The position numbers were made by a program, and so were the translations under genes. A DNA stretch of 63,818 nucleotides from the IMG/VR virus record IMGVR_UViG_3300034069_001263, positions 1 to 63,818 of that record; one strand, 5' to 3'. The stretch comes from a virus. The notes beneath the pieces were generated by a model. That model saw only the letters and a program-made list of their open reading frames with translations. It was not told the DNA's origin and searched no databases. Positions 8,156-16,170 of the stretch are shown in pieces (position 1 is the stretch's first letter; the number at the start of each line of letters is the position of its first letter).

Positions 8156-9301
8156 GTGGGTAAGCTGACGGTGAAGTCGGTGGCGGCTCTGAATGAGCCC
8201 GGCCGCTACTCGGACCAGGACGGCAGTGGCTTCCATCTGCGTGTGGATGGTCAGGGGCGAAAGTACTGGCTGTTGCGCACGCAAGTGGATGGCAAGCGGC
8301 GCGACGTGAACATCGGCTCCGTAGCCCGAATGTCGCTCGCGACGGCCAGGGCCCGAGCGCAGGAGGTGTTGACCAAGAACGCGGAGAAAGGCGCATTTCG
8401 CAGTTTCAAGCCGACATTTGCCGAGGCGGTCGGACTTGCTCATGCGGCGCGGACCGATGGGTACAAGAACGAGAAGCACATCGCCCAGTGGCGGACAACG
8501 CTGGAGACTTACGCCAACCCGTCGATCGGCGGAAAATACATCGACACGGTGGATCGAGCCGATGTTGTGGGGATTCTCAGCCCCATCTGGCTTACGAAGC
8601 CTGAGACAGCTCGCCGGGTGCTCCAGCGTATCGACCGCGTCATGCGCTGGGCTGTAGGAAACGAGCATCGCGCGGATCGCATCGACATGGATCTTGTGCG
8701 AGACGCGCTACCTCGACAGCCTCAGCATCGCGCCACGGTGCGTCACATGCCTTCCATTCCCTGGGAAGAAGCGCCTGCCTTCTATCGCCAAATTCACGAC
8801 AGCCGCAGCGCGCCGGAGGTCCGCTGGGCCCTGTCACTGCTGATGCTGACGGCGGTGCGGCCGGGCAACATGCGAAGCGCCAAGCGTGAGCAATTTGATT
8901 TGAACAGCGGAGTCTGGCTGGTGCCAGCCGGAGATATGAAAAGCGGTCGCGCTCACCGTGTGCCGTTGTCTCAGGCTGCCGTCCGCATCGTCACTACCGC
9001 AATGGCAGCGCACGACTACGATCGCCTGTTCACGGTCAAGGGCGGGGAGTTTTCTCCTGACACGTTGCGCATGGCCATGCGGCGTCTCGGTCGCTCCGAG
9101 GTTCCCCATGGCTTTCGATCAACGTTCAAGGAGTGGAGTCGACACGCTGGATATGCGGATCACCTGAGCGAACAGGCGTTGGCTCATCTTGATCCGAATG
9201 AGGTACGGGCGGCTTATGCACGCCACGACATGCTAGAGGTCCGCCGGCCTATGATGGTTGCGTGGGCTTCATTTCTGGAAGGGACGCCACATACCCCTTG
9301 A
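8156..9301 (+). CDS. int: Tyrosine integrase (P4-type, DUF4102-like N-terminus)
   Basis: GKLTVKSVAALNEPGRYSDQDGSGFHLRV N-terminus; catalytic HGFRSTF and AAYARHD regions; next to attP. Confidence 0.9.
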   Translation: MGKLTVKSVAALNEPGRYSDQDGSGFHLRVDGQGRKYWLLRTQVDGKRRDVNIGSVARMSLATARARAQEVLTKNAEKGAFRSFKPTFAEAVGLAHAARTDGYKNEKHIAQWRTTLETYANPSIGGKYIDTVDRADVVGILSPIWLTKPETARRVLQRIDRVMRWAVGNEHRADRIDMDLVRDALPRQPQHRATVRHMPSIPWEEAPAFYRQIHDSRSAPEVRWALSLLMLTAVRPGNMRSAKREQFDLNSGVWLVPAGDMKSGRAHRVPLSQAAVRIVTTAMAAHDYDRLFTVKGGEFSPDTLRMAMRRLGRSEVPHGFRSTFKEWSRHAGYADHLSEQALAHLDPNEVRAAYARHDMLEVRRPMMVAWASFLEGTPHTP

Positions 9302-9479
9302 GCGCGGCAAGCTCGATCACAGTCCGGCAACCGCGCTTCAGAGCCTTCAAATCTCCGCGTCCTACCATGCGGTAAAGGGTTTGCTTGCTGCACCCGAGCA
9401 TACCGGCCGCCGTTCCGAAACCGACAACCAGAGGCTCCGGGGCAGGCGCTGCAGCGAAGCGGCGCCTTACAACGCCCAT
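9249..9479 (-). CDS. xis: Excisionase / AlpA-type HTH DNA-binding protein
   Basis: 76 aa; HTH GTAAGMLGCSKQTLYRMVGRGDLKALK; convergent with int and overlapping its 3' end. Confidence 0.6.
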   Translation of the reverse strand: MGVVRRRFAAAPAPEPLVVGFGTAAGMLGCSKQTLYRMVGRGDLKALKRGCRTVIELAALKGYVASLPEMKPTQPS

Positions 9480-9706
9480 ACGAGCTCGCGCGCCGTGGCA
9501 GTGGCGAGCACGCGCCGCGGCTGGTCCTCGCGGTAGAGCCGCAGCGAGAAGCGGGGCACTTCGCGGAGGTCGAAATGTAGGCCCGTTTCGTCGGCGCCGG
9601 TGAACACCTCTTCCAGGCGAGGGGTGAGGGCCAGTGACAGTTCGCTGGTGCGCCGGAACGCCGCTTCGAGGCCGCGGGTGATGAGGCGGCGGGCAGAAAA
9701 AATCAT
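9467..9706 (-). CDS. Hypothetical protein
   Basis: 79 aa from ATG 9706 (GGAGA upstream); the longer ORF to 9790 would run through the palindrome and the methylase gene end. Confidence 0.4.
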   Translation of the reverse strand: MIFSARRLITRGLEAAFRRTSELSLALTPRLEEVFTGADETGLHFDLREVPRFSLRLYREDQPRRVLATATARELVWAL

Positions 9707-9713
9707 CCCATTG

Positions 9714-9728
9714 TCTCCATTATGTTGA
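9714..9728. repeat. Palindrome copy (minus orientation TCAACATAATGGAGA)
   Basis: The gene-proximal half is GGAGA, the SD for ATG 9706. Confidence 0.75.
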
Positions 9729-9731
9729 AAC

Positions 9732-10355
9732 TCAGCCCAGCAAAGCGGTGAAGTCGTCAGGCGCGCCAGAGCCTCCGAGGAGGTCGTCAAAGTTTACGCT
9801 GTCGAACTTCTCGGTTTCGTTCCCCCAAACCTCCCAGCCTGGGCGGCTCGTGCGAGCGAACATTTCAAGATAAGGTCCGCCAACCAGCGCCTCAATGCGA
9901 TCGTACTGCTCATCGGGTTTGCGGCTGTGCTCGCGGCGCGGTGCGTCAATGATCTCGCGAACGCCTTTGTCGAGACGCTTTGGTGCGCCGCGGGTGAACA
10001 ACCAGCACATCTCGGTCTGCTTTCGGGTCCAGTAGCCCATCCCGATTTTCGGGATGCCCGTGGAGGTCAGCTTCCGCCATGTGAATGCGCGGGTTTTGAA
10101 GGTGAAGCCCCATGCAGCAGCAAGCTGAATTGCTTGATCAAGGTGCGAATCAACCACCCACATGAAGAGCGCGCAGTCTTTGGCAGCTACATCACCCACT
10201 GGCAGCGTCAGCATATTTGCCAGGGACATCGTCGAATAGTGATCGTTCTCCGAACGATGCGGCGTTCCTGTCTTGCCCGAGTATGACTTAAACGACCATG
10301 GCGGGTCGGCAAGAATGACGCCGAACGGGCCGGCGGGCAGCACAGGTACGATCAT
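9732..10355 (-). CDS. MT-A70 family N6-adenine DNA methyltransferase
   Basis: DPPW catalytic motif (ILADPPWSF), MT-A70 core WVVDSHL...GYWTRKQTE; C-terminus DDFTALLG. Confidence 0.85.
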   Translation of the reverse strand: MIVPVLPAGPFGVILADPPWSFKSYSGKTGTPHRSENDHYSTMSLANMLTLPVGDVAAKDCALFMWVVDSHLDQAIQLAAAWGFTFKTRAFTWRKLTSTGIPKIGMGYWTRKQTEMCWLFTRGAPKRLDKGVREIIDAPRREHSRKPDEQYDRIEALVGGPYLEMFARTSRPGWEVWGNETEKFDSVNFDDLLGGSGAPDDFTALLG

Positions 10356-10651
10356 CCCAGCAAATCCGCCAGTTCGTCGGTCGGATCGCAGCCGGTGTCT
10401 GCCCCCGTCGCCCCGGCCCGCGGCGCCAAGTCATAACGCCGCTGCCTGTCCCGCTCCCGCCGCTCATCCTCGATCAGCGCCGCTCGCAGCGCCTCCACGG
10501 GATCGCCATGGTAGGTGCCCATGTGGTGCGTCATCTCGCCCTGGAAGTGGCAGACCGACGCGCCCCATTGCCCATCGTGAACATCCAGGGCGATGCGTCC
10601 GTGAGTGAGGCTGGTAGCGCGGAGGAGGGCTTCGAGCGGAGTGTCAGACAT
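10352..10651 (-). CDS. Hypothetical protein with acidic-LLG tail
   Basis: 99 aa from ATG 10651, which overlaps the upstream stop (ATGTCTGA); ends DELADLLG. Confidence 0.45.
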   Translation of the reverse strand: MSDTPLEALLRATSLTHGRIALDVHDGQWGASVCHFQGEMTHHMGTYHGDPVEALRAALIEDERRERDRQRRYDLAPRAGATGADTGCDPTDELADLLG

Positions 10652-10895
10652 TGGCGGAGGTGGGCCACCACTGACCAGCGCGGAACTTGATACGGCCAGC
10701 CTTGCGCTCGGATTGGATAAGACGATCAGCGGCGCGCATGGCGATACCTTCCGCGCGAGGCACACCCGCCCGCATGAACGCTCCCTCTACCTGCATCGCC
10801 ACGAACGGCTGGTGCATCACCGCTAGCGCCGCGTCGCGCTGTTCCGCCGTGATACCAACCCCTAGCACCGTGAAAGCCGGTCCGCGCTTATCCAT
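10644..10895 (-). CDS. Hypothetical protein
   Basis: 83 aa from ATG 10895 (MDKRGPAFTVLGV); start overlaps the stop of the upstream small ORF. Confidence 0.4.
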   Translation of the reverse strand: MDKRGPAFTVLGVGITAEQRDAALAVMHQPFVAMQVEGAFMRAGVPRAEGIAMRAADRLIQSERKAGRIKFRAGQWWPTSANV

Positions 10896-11052
10896 GGCGA
10901 CGATCCAACTCCTCCAGCACCGCCCGAAGGTCGGCGCGCAGCTTGTCCCCGATCGGCTCGTAAGCTTGTGCGGAGTAGGCGTCCTGCAGCGTGGCGCCTT
11001 CCATGACGCGCTCCAGCCGCTGTCGAGCAAGCCCGAAATCAGTGGCGGCCAT
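10888..11052 (-). CDS. Small hypothetical protein (54 aa, below the ORF-track cutoff)
   Basis: Hand translation MAATDFGLARQRLERVMEGATLQDAYSAQAYEPIGDKLRADLRAVLEELDRRHG; overlaps both neighbours in coupling fashion. Confidence 0.3.
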   Translation of the reverse strand: MAATDFGLARQRLERVMEGATLQDAYSAQAYEPIGDKLRADLRAVLEELDRRHG

Positions 11053-11215
11053 TTTCGAGTGCCCTCCAGTTGCCGATCATTTCCCAACGAACCGTGGTAG
11101 AACCGTCGTGACGGCGTTCCTTCAGACGGTGGAAGCCTGCCTGCCGCAGATGGCGGGCGACGGCGGCGTAAGTCGCGTGATCCTTCACCGACTTGATACG
11201 GACGCGGACATTCAT
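11039..11215 (-). CDS. Hypothetical protein
   Basis: 58 aa from ATG 11215 (MNVRVRIKSVKDHATYAAVARHLRQAG). Confidence 0.4.
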   Translation of the reverse strand: MNVRVRIKSVKDHATYAAVARHLRQAGFHRLKERRHDGSTTVRWEMIGNWRALENGRH

Positions 11216-11216
11216 G

Positions 11217-11471
11217 TCAGAGGCCCAACGCCGCTTTGTACGTGTCGAGCAGCGCTTCAGCCTCGTCGCGCGCGTTCTTCTCCATGCGACGCAGACGGAT
11301 GATCGACCGCACCGTCTTTGAGTCATAGCCCTGCGACTTCAGTTCCTTGTAGACATCCGAGATGTCATCCGACATCCCCTTCTTCTCTTCTTCCAAGCGC
11401 TCAATGCGCTCGACGAAAAGACGGAGCTGGTCCGCCGCCACGTTGTCCGAGTTGTGTCCAATGCCGCTCAT
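11217..11471 (-). CDS. gapR: GapR-like (DUF2312) nucleoid-associated DNA-binding protein
   Basis: 84 aa; QLRLFVERIERLEEEKKGMSDDISDVYKELKSQGYDSKTVRSIIRLRR matches the Caulobacter GapR pattern. Confidence 0.8.
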   Translation of the reverse strand: MSGIGHNSDNVAADQLRLFVERIERLEEEKKGMSDDISDVYKELKSQGYDSKTVRSIIRLRRMEKNARDEAEALLDTYKAALGL

Positions 11472-11476
11472 AGCTG

Positions 11477-11491
11477 TCACCATTATGTTGA
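11477..11491. repeat. Palindrome copy (minus orientation TCAACATAATGGTGA)
   Basis: 6 nt upstream of the gapR-like ATG 11471. Confidence 0.75.
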
Positions 11492-11504
11492 GAGTTTGGG
11501 CCCG

Positions 11505-12182
11505 TCAATGGGAGAGGATGATTGCTTCCAGCTTGTCGTGCAGATCTGCTAGGGTGCCGTCGTTCACTACGACGTGGTCGGGCCGCAGCCGGTCCACGCG
11601 CTCGCTATCGTGCACGCCCCACATCAAGCCGCAACAGCGATACAGGAGCGGTCCCAAACGCTTCCACTTGAACGCTCGGGGCTGCGCACCTGGCCGCTGG
11701 ATCAGGATGGTGAAGCCGCCCGCGTCCCGGATAGCGTCCTCCTCGTTGCGAAAACGCACGCTGTCGTTCATCACCGCGCCGCCGGCTCGGTTAGCCTGAA
11801 GCATCCACAGCTTTGCCCACAGATCCTGTCCGACCTGCTCGCGACCCCACTCGGTGCCGAGCGTGATCTGGAGGTCGCGTGACGTGCGCCCGATCTCCGG
11901 GATCACCCAGCCATCCTTGAGGTCGCCGGTGAGAATGCGCGCGATGTTGCGGTCACTGTAGCCGAAGTCTTTGAGGAGCGACGCCAGCATCCGACGGAGG
12001 GGTTCAGCGATGTGTTGGCGCCTGTAGCCATGTTCGGCTTCAATCAGCAGCGCCGCGGCGGTCTTGCCCGTGCCGGCGTAACCGCTCAGGCCGATCGGAG
12101 GCCGGCGCCGCTTGGAAGCGGTGAGCGTAATGCCCGATGCGCTGATCGGGATACCGGGCCCGAGGTCCGTGAGTATGCTCAT
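11505..12182 (-). CDS. Deoxynucleoside monophosphate kinase-like P-loop protein
   Basis: IGLSGYAGTGKTAAALLIEAEHGYRRQHIAEPLRRML is typical of the phage dNMP kinase family. Confidence 0.7.
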   Translation of the reverse strand: MSILTDLGPGIPISASGITLTASKRRRPPIGLSGYAGTGKTAAALLIEAEHGYRRQHIAEPLRRMLASLLKDFGYSDRNIARILTGDLKDGWVIPEIGRTSRDLQITLGTEWGREQVGQDLWAKLWMLQANRAGGAVMNDSVRFRNEEDAIRDAGGFTILIQRPGAQPRAFKWKRLGPLLYRCCGLMWGVHDSERVDRLRPDHVVVNDGTLADLHDKLEAIILSH

Positions 12183-12559
12183 CCTAGCAGCTCCTCAAAT
12201 TCATCGGTTTCAGACTCCACCGCCACCGCCCCGCGCCCTAGCAGTCGGTCCAGTCCCACCCGCGCCAACGGTATGTCCCAGCCAGCCGCATTGAACGCCG
12301 CTTCCAGTGCCTCTGCCACGCCCGACGCTTTCGCCTGCGCCACCAACCAATAATCCCAGCAGCGCTCGCCACGGGTCGCCGTGAAGGCCGCCGCCGTCCA
12401 CTGCCGACCGTCGCGTTCGACATGGTCGAAAAAGAGCTTCCCGTGCGCGCAAGCCCGGTGGAAATCCGCCCAGCCGTCGCGGTGTCGCGCCGCTTGGACT
12501 TCGGGTGTGTCCTTCCAGAGCGTTTCGGGCTTCGGAATGTAACGGGGATAGTCAGGCAT
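12179..12559 (-). CDS. Hypothetical protein with acidic-LLG tail
   Basis: 126 aa from ATG 12559 (overlaps the upstream stop); ends TDEFEELLG. Confidence 0.45.
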   Translation of the reverse strand: MPDYPRYIPKPETLWKDTPEVQAARHRDGWADFHRACAHGKLFFDHVERDGRQWTAAAFTATRGERCWDYWLVAQAKASGVAEALEAAFNAAGWDIPLARVGLDRLLGRGAVAVESETDEFEELLG

Positions 12560-12875
12560 CGGTGTTGGCCAGAATGGCAGAGAGTGACTTCTGCGCCGCA
12601 TCGTTTGCAGCAGCGATACGCCGCTTCATCTCACCTCGAATGCCGCCGATCTTGTTGACTAGCACCACAGCGTCAGCACGGTCAGCAAACGTCGCAACAA
12701 TCTGTGATTTGCGATACTGCCGAGTAAGACCGTTGCTATCAACTTTCACCAACGATTCTGTGGTGCTCATAACGAGAAGCACGTCCGTTACATGAACGTC
12801 GAGCGGATCGGTGTAGCTACCCCGAGCTATTAATGCCCATCGACCAGGCGTGAAGTCGTGCTGGGGCTGGATCAT
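12552..12875 (-). CDS. Hypothetical protein
   Basis: 107 aa; visibly lower GC than its neighbours; ATGA overlap with the upstream small ORF. Confidence 0.45.
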   Translation of the reverse strand: MIQPQHDFTPGRWALIARGSYTDPLDVHVTDVLLVMSTTESLVKVDSNGLTRQYRKSQIVATFADRADAVVLVNKIGGIRGEMKRRIAAANDAAQKSLSAILANTDA

Positions 12876-13039
12876 GATTCCGTCCCCCGCGGTTTTCCGG
12901 CCGCTTCCCAGGACGCGACCGCTTCCAGCCAGCGCTCACCTTTGTTGACCTCATCGCGGATGCGGTTGGTCTCATCCTCGATCTGCTCGTCGGTCATGCC
13001 GTCGAAATCGGCAGCAAAGTCCTTCCATGCCTCGTCCAT
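12872..13039 (-). CDS. Small acidic hypothetical protein (55 aa, below the ORF-track cutoff)
   Basis: Hand translation MDEAWKDFAADFDGMTDEQIEDETNRIRDEVNKGERWLEAVASWEAAGKPRGTES; coupled at both ends. Confidence 0.35.
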   Translation of the reverse strand: MDEAWKDFAADFDGMTDEQIEDETNRIRDEVNKGERWLEAVASWEAAGKPRGTES

Positions 13040-13731
13040 CACAAGATACTCCGCACCACATGCAGCCCTTCATCGAGCGACGTGCAGCGGAACCCCACAG
13101 CCTCGTTCACCATGCAGTGCTCATGGGGGTTGCCCGTCGCTTCTATGCAGGCGACGATCGGCGTGCGCTTCAGGTCAGCCCAGGCGATTTCCATCACCGT
13201 CCCGATCGAAACCTTGGCGGCGCCGAGCAGGTTGACCAGCAGCACGTCACACCGCGTCGCGTCGAAGCGGTCGCGGGTCATGATGCCGCGGGGCGAGGAC
13301 AGCGGCGACAGGTGGCCGTATTCTTCGCAGGTGGCGGAGAAGCCCTGGGTGTCGATGGCTTCGACTTTGGAACGATGCCAGTGAGCGGTGCCGCCCAGTT
13401 CGTCGCTGAACTCGACGTAGTAGGAAACGTTCGCTTCGCCGAAACCGACGACCTTGCCTTCGCCTCCGTCCGGGCCAGCCACCTGTACCCGCGTCCCAAC
13501 CGGATACGGGTGCTCCATCTTCTTCTCCGCGCCGCGCAGATACTCCTTCGCGCGCATCGGCGAGAGGCCGCGGATACCCGCTTCGGCGAGCGACGCGATG
13601 GCTTGGTCGCGCCAGTCCGTGGCACCTTTATAGCTGAGTCCGGCGATCGGGCCGGCGAGGTAAACGGTGGGGGCGGTACCCGGAACAACGTTGATCTTCG
13701 TGCCGGGTGGGAAGAACGCTGCATCAGCCAT
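13039..13731 (-). CDS. Nucleoside 2-deoxyribosyltransferase-like protein with inserted beta domain
   Basis: 230 aa from ATG 13731; VYLAGPIAGLSYKGATDWRD and C-terminal DVLLVNLLGAAKVSIGTVMEIAWA motifs; the Arg-rich upstream part of ORF 13039-14031 was trimmed. Confidence 0.55.
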   Translation of the reverse strand: MADAAFFPPGTKINVVPGTAPTVYLAGPIAGLSYKGATDWRDQAIASLAEAGIRGLSPMRAKEYLRGAEKKMEHPYPVGTRVQVAGPDGGEGKVVGFGEANVSYYVEFSDELGGTAHWHRSKVEAIDTQGFSATCEEYGHLSPLSSPRGIMTRDRFDATRCDVLLVNLLGAAKVSIGTVMEIAWADLKRTPIVACIEATGNPHEHCMVNEAVGFRCTSLDEGLHVVRSIL

Positions 13732-13934
13732 CACATCATCCTTTCGAAGAAGCCGCCCCACCAGAGCACCGACGCCTCGCCCACGGCGGAAAGCGCCACG
13801 AGTGCCGCGCCGATGCGCTGCTGCTTGGGGGTGAGCACGATCCACCGTCGCGCCGGCCGCGCCGCGCCGAGCAGGCCGCTGGCGATCACGAGGAACAGCC
13901 AGGCGATGACGGTGAGTTGGGGGAGGCGGGTCAT
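13731..13934 (-). CDS. Small membrane protein
   Basis: 67 aa from ATG 13934; TM LTVIAWLFLVIASGLLGAA. Confidence 0.4.
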   Translation of the reverse strand: MTRLPQLTVIAWLFLVIASGLLGAARPARRWIVLTPKQQRIGAALVALSAVGEASVLWWGGFFERMM

Positions 13935-14230
13935 GCCGCCACCGTCTGTGGGCGATAGGTGAAGGCGTCTCGTGGCACTTGGGAGTACACCAGCACCCAA
14001 CCCTGCAACCGGATGCACAGCATCCCGTCACGGCGCATCCGGCGCTCCGCCACCATGCCGCGGCGTTCCAGGTAGCGCAGATGCACGGTGCGCCAGGGGC
14101 GTGGCGGCTCGGGCTTGAGGCAGTCGTAGATCGGCGGCTCGATCCAGCCCGTGGCGGATGCCGACGCGATGGCGGCCAGCTCGCCTTCGGTGATCTCGTC
14201 GGGAAGCGGTTCCCAGCGGAGGCGGCTCAT
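13931..14230 (-). CDS. Hypothetical protein
   Basis: 99 aa; ATGA overlaps at both ends. Confidence 0.45.
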   Translation of the reverse strand: MSRLRWEPLPDEITEGELAAIASASATGWIEPPIYDCLKPEPPRPWRTVHLRYLERRGMVAERRMRRDGMLCIRLQGWVLVYSQVPRDAFTYRPQTVAA

Positions 14231-14373
14231 TGGATCAGCCCCGCGGCAAGCAGCAAGGCTGCAAAAGCGACGATGCAGGCACCAAACCCTTGCGGATAGT
14301 TGGCGTCCTCATTCGCGTAACCTGCCATGCACAATGCAACGGCAGAGAGGATTACAGCGACCGCGACGCGCAT
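14227..14373 (-). CDS. Small membrane protein (48 aa, below the ORF-track cutoff)
   Basis: Hand translation MRVAVAVILSAVALCMAGYANEDANYPQGFGACIVAFAALLLAAGLIQ. Confidence 0.35.
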   Translation of the reverse strand: MRVAVAVILSAVALCMAGYANEDANYPQGFGACIVAFAALLLAAGLIQ

Positions 14374-14735
14374 CACGCCGTCACCTTCTTGGCGCGGGGC
14401 TTCTTCATGCCCTCGACCACAGCCGCCACCTTCGGCTTCCGCACACGCTTCACCTTAGCCGCTACCGTCGCGACCTCCACCACCCGCTCCCGGCAGCGGT
14501 TGTGCGCGCCGACCGTCTTGCCCTCCGGCCAGATCGACTTCCGGTAAGCCGGATCGGAGTTTCGGGTGGGGACGAAGGTCAGACTGCGCTTCGTGTTCTG
14601 ACCCGTGCGGCTGCTGCGCCACGACTTGGCATCAACAGGAAAGAAACCGAGACGCGCACCACGTTCGCGCTCCTCGATCTTGAACGTCATCTTGGCGCGG
14701 TGCGCGACGTAGTGCTTGTGCTGCTGTGCGTCCAT
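14373..14735 (-). CDS. Basic hypothetical protein
   Basis: About 120 aa; Lys/Arg-rich C-terminus (KVKRVRKPKVAAVVEGMKKPRAKK); first gene after a palindrome copy. Confidence 0.45.
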   Translation of the reverse strand: MDAQQHKHYVAHRAKMTFKIEERERGARLGFFPVDAKSWRSSRTGQNTKRSLTFVPTRNSDPAYRKSIWPEGKTVGAHNRCRERVVEVATVAAKVKRVRKPKVAAVVEGMKKPRAKKVTA

Positions 14736-14744
14736 GTTGCTCAA

Positions 14745-14759
14745 TCCACAATATGTTGA
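14745..14759. repeat. Palindrome copy (minus orientation TCAACATATTGTGGA)
   Basis: Intergenic between MazG and gene 14373-14735; preceded by CAGTC. Confidence 0.8.
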
Positions 14760-14765
14760 GACTGT

Positions 14766-15521
14766 TCAGAAAGCTTTGCCACCAGCGGCGGCGCGAACCT
14801 CTGGCCGATGATCGGCCCTGGTGGCGTTGAACTGCCGCTTCTCGGCAATCGCGCCCGTCAGGTCGAAACTGAACGTGCCGGCGGAGAGGTCCACCAGGGC
14901 AAGCAGCGACGTGAGACTCTGGACACCAATCACGTTCGAGCCCTTGCGGAAGCCTTCCAGCGCCTTGGTGGTCTGGCGGTGCATCGCGCGACACCAGGCG
15001 TGCCAGTCGTCGGTGCCTGGCACTTCGAGCACGCCGCCGCGGTACTCGTCATCGGGATCGGACCAGCCCTTCCACTGGTAGAAGCCGAGCATGTCGAGTA
15101 CGCGGATCGCCACGTCGGCGAGTTCCACCTCGACCATGCGACGGTGCGGCAGCTTGTCATCCATCAGGCCGCCCTCGAAGCCTTCGTCGGCCTCGCTGAT
15201 CTCGCTGTGGACGAGCGCCAGCATCTCGCCGGTGTTGCGGTGAAGCGTGCGGCCTGTCTCGGGATCGGTCTTCCACCAGCCTACGGCGATGTTCCCTGCA
15301 TGAATCTCCGCAGCGAGCCCACCAATATCCAAGGGCAGGCCGGAAACGATGGTAGTGGTCACGGTTGGGTGCCTTTCGCCATAGGACCAGCGCGCGCCGC
15401 ACGAGCAGGCGATTTCGTCACCTTCGCGACGGTGGGCATGGTCGGTTTTGATTTCGGGACGGTTCATCGCTTGACGGGCGAAGCGGCGTCCCGAGTTGAA
15501 GGTCTGGTAGCCAGCGTTCAC
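14766..15521 (-). CDS. MazG-like nucleoside triphosphate pyrophosphohydrolase
   Basis: EMLALVHSEISEADEG and EVELADVAIRVLD helices are typical of MazG; N-terminal Cys/His segment; GTG start. Confidence 0.7.
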   Translation of the reverse strand: MNAGYQTFNSGRRFARQAMNRPEIKTDHAHRREGDEIACSCGARWSYGERHPTVTTTIVSGLPLDIGGLAAEIHAGNIAVGWWKTDPETGRTLHRNTGEMLALVHSEISEADEGFEGGLMDDKLPHRRMVEVELADVAIRVLDMLGFYQWKGWSDPDDEYRGGVLEVPGTDDWHAWCRAMHRQTTKALEGFRKGSNVIGVQSLTSLLALVDLSAGTFSFDLTGAIAEKRQFNATRADHRPEVRAAAGGKAF

Positions 15522-15523
15522 GC

Positions 15524-16168
15524 TCAGGCTCCCACGTCGGTGAAGTTGATATTCGGAAAGGCCGCGTCCACGTCGAACCAGCCATTGACAGACTTCTTCT
15601 CCTCGACGGGATCGACCTCCCAGCCGTAGAGTTGAACATGCTCCACTGCGCGATCCAGCTTCGCCATGACGGCGATGTTGAGGTCGGTCTGTCGATCAGC
15701 TTCGGCGATCCGTTGCGCCAGCGTGGCGTCGATCAGATTGTGGCCTTCACCCGTAAAGCCGAGCCTCCGTCGCATCTCCTTCATATCGCTCTTCGCGTTG
15801 GCGACCTGCTGGTTGGCGACCTCGCCTTTTGAGCGATCCTGCTGAAGCAGATTCACCATCTTCTTGATGATATCAATGCGCTTGAACGATGCCGACTGCG
15901 CGATGGCGCGGTCAAAGGCGCCGAGCACCAGATGCGCGACCTCTTCGAGTTCGGTGGGCGGGCGGACACTGCCGTCGTCGCCTGTCTCATCGTAGCGCTG
16001 GCGACGCTCCGGGTCGGACAGGATCACGTAGGCACGCTGCACCTGCTCGAAAGCGTCACGCTCTCCGCCCTTATCGGGATGGTGCTGCTGAACGCCGCGG
16101 CGGTGCGCCTGCTTGATTGCTTCGGGCGAGGCGTCACGCTCGACACCGAGGGCCTGGTAGGGGTCCAC
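15524..16168 (-). CDS. J-domain (DnaJ-like) protein
   Basis: DPYQALGVERDASPEAIKQAHRRGVQQHHPDKGG with the HPD tripeptide; the C-terminal 140 aa is unassigned. Confidence 0.85.
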   Translation of the reverse strand: MDPYQALGVERDASPEAIKQAHRRGVQQHHPDKGGERDAFEQVQRAYVILSDPERRQRYDETGDDGSVRPPTELEEVAHLVLGAFDRAIAQSASFKRIDIIKKMVNLLQQDRSKGEVANQQVANAKSDMKEMRRRLGFTGEGHNLIDATLAQRIAEADRQTDLNIAVMAKLDRAVEHVQLYGWEVDPVEEKKSVNGWFDVDAAFPNINFTDVGA

Positions 16169-16170
16169 GC

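Noticed and set aside
13039-14031. Long N-terminal extensions of several track ORFs (13039-14031, 25370-26146, 3203-3883, 4576-5931, 10644-11087, 26168-26557, 27179-27721, 36643-38208)
   Set aside because: The extensions are Arg/Pro/Cys-rich, overlap better-supported upstream genes or regulatory repeats, and internal starts with an SD or ATGA-type coupling exist. The genes were trimmed to those starts.
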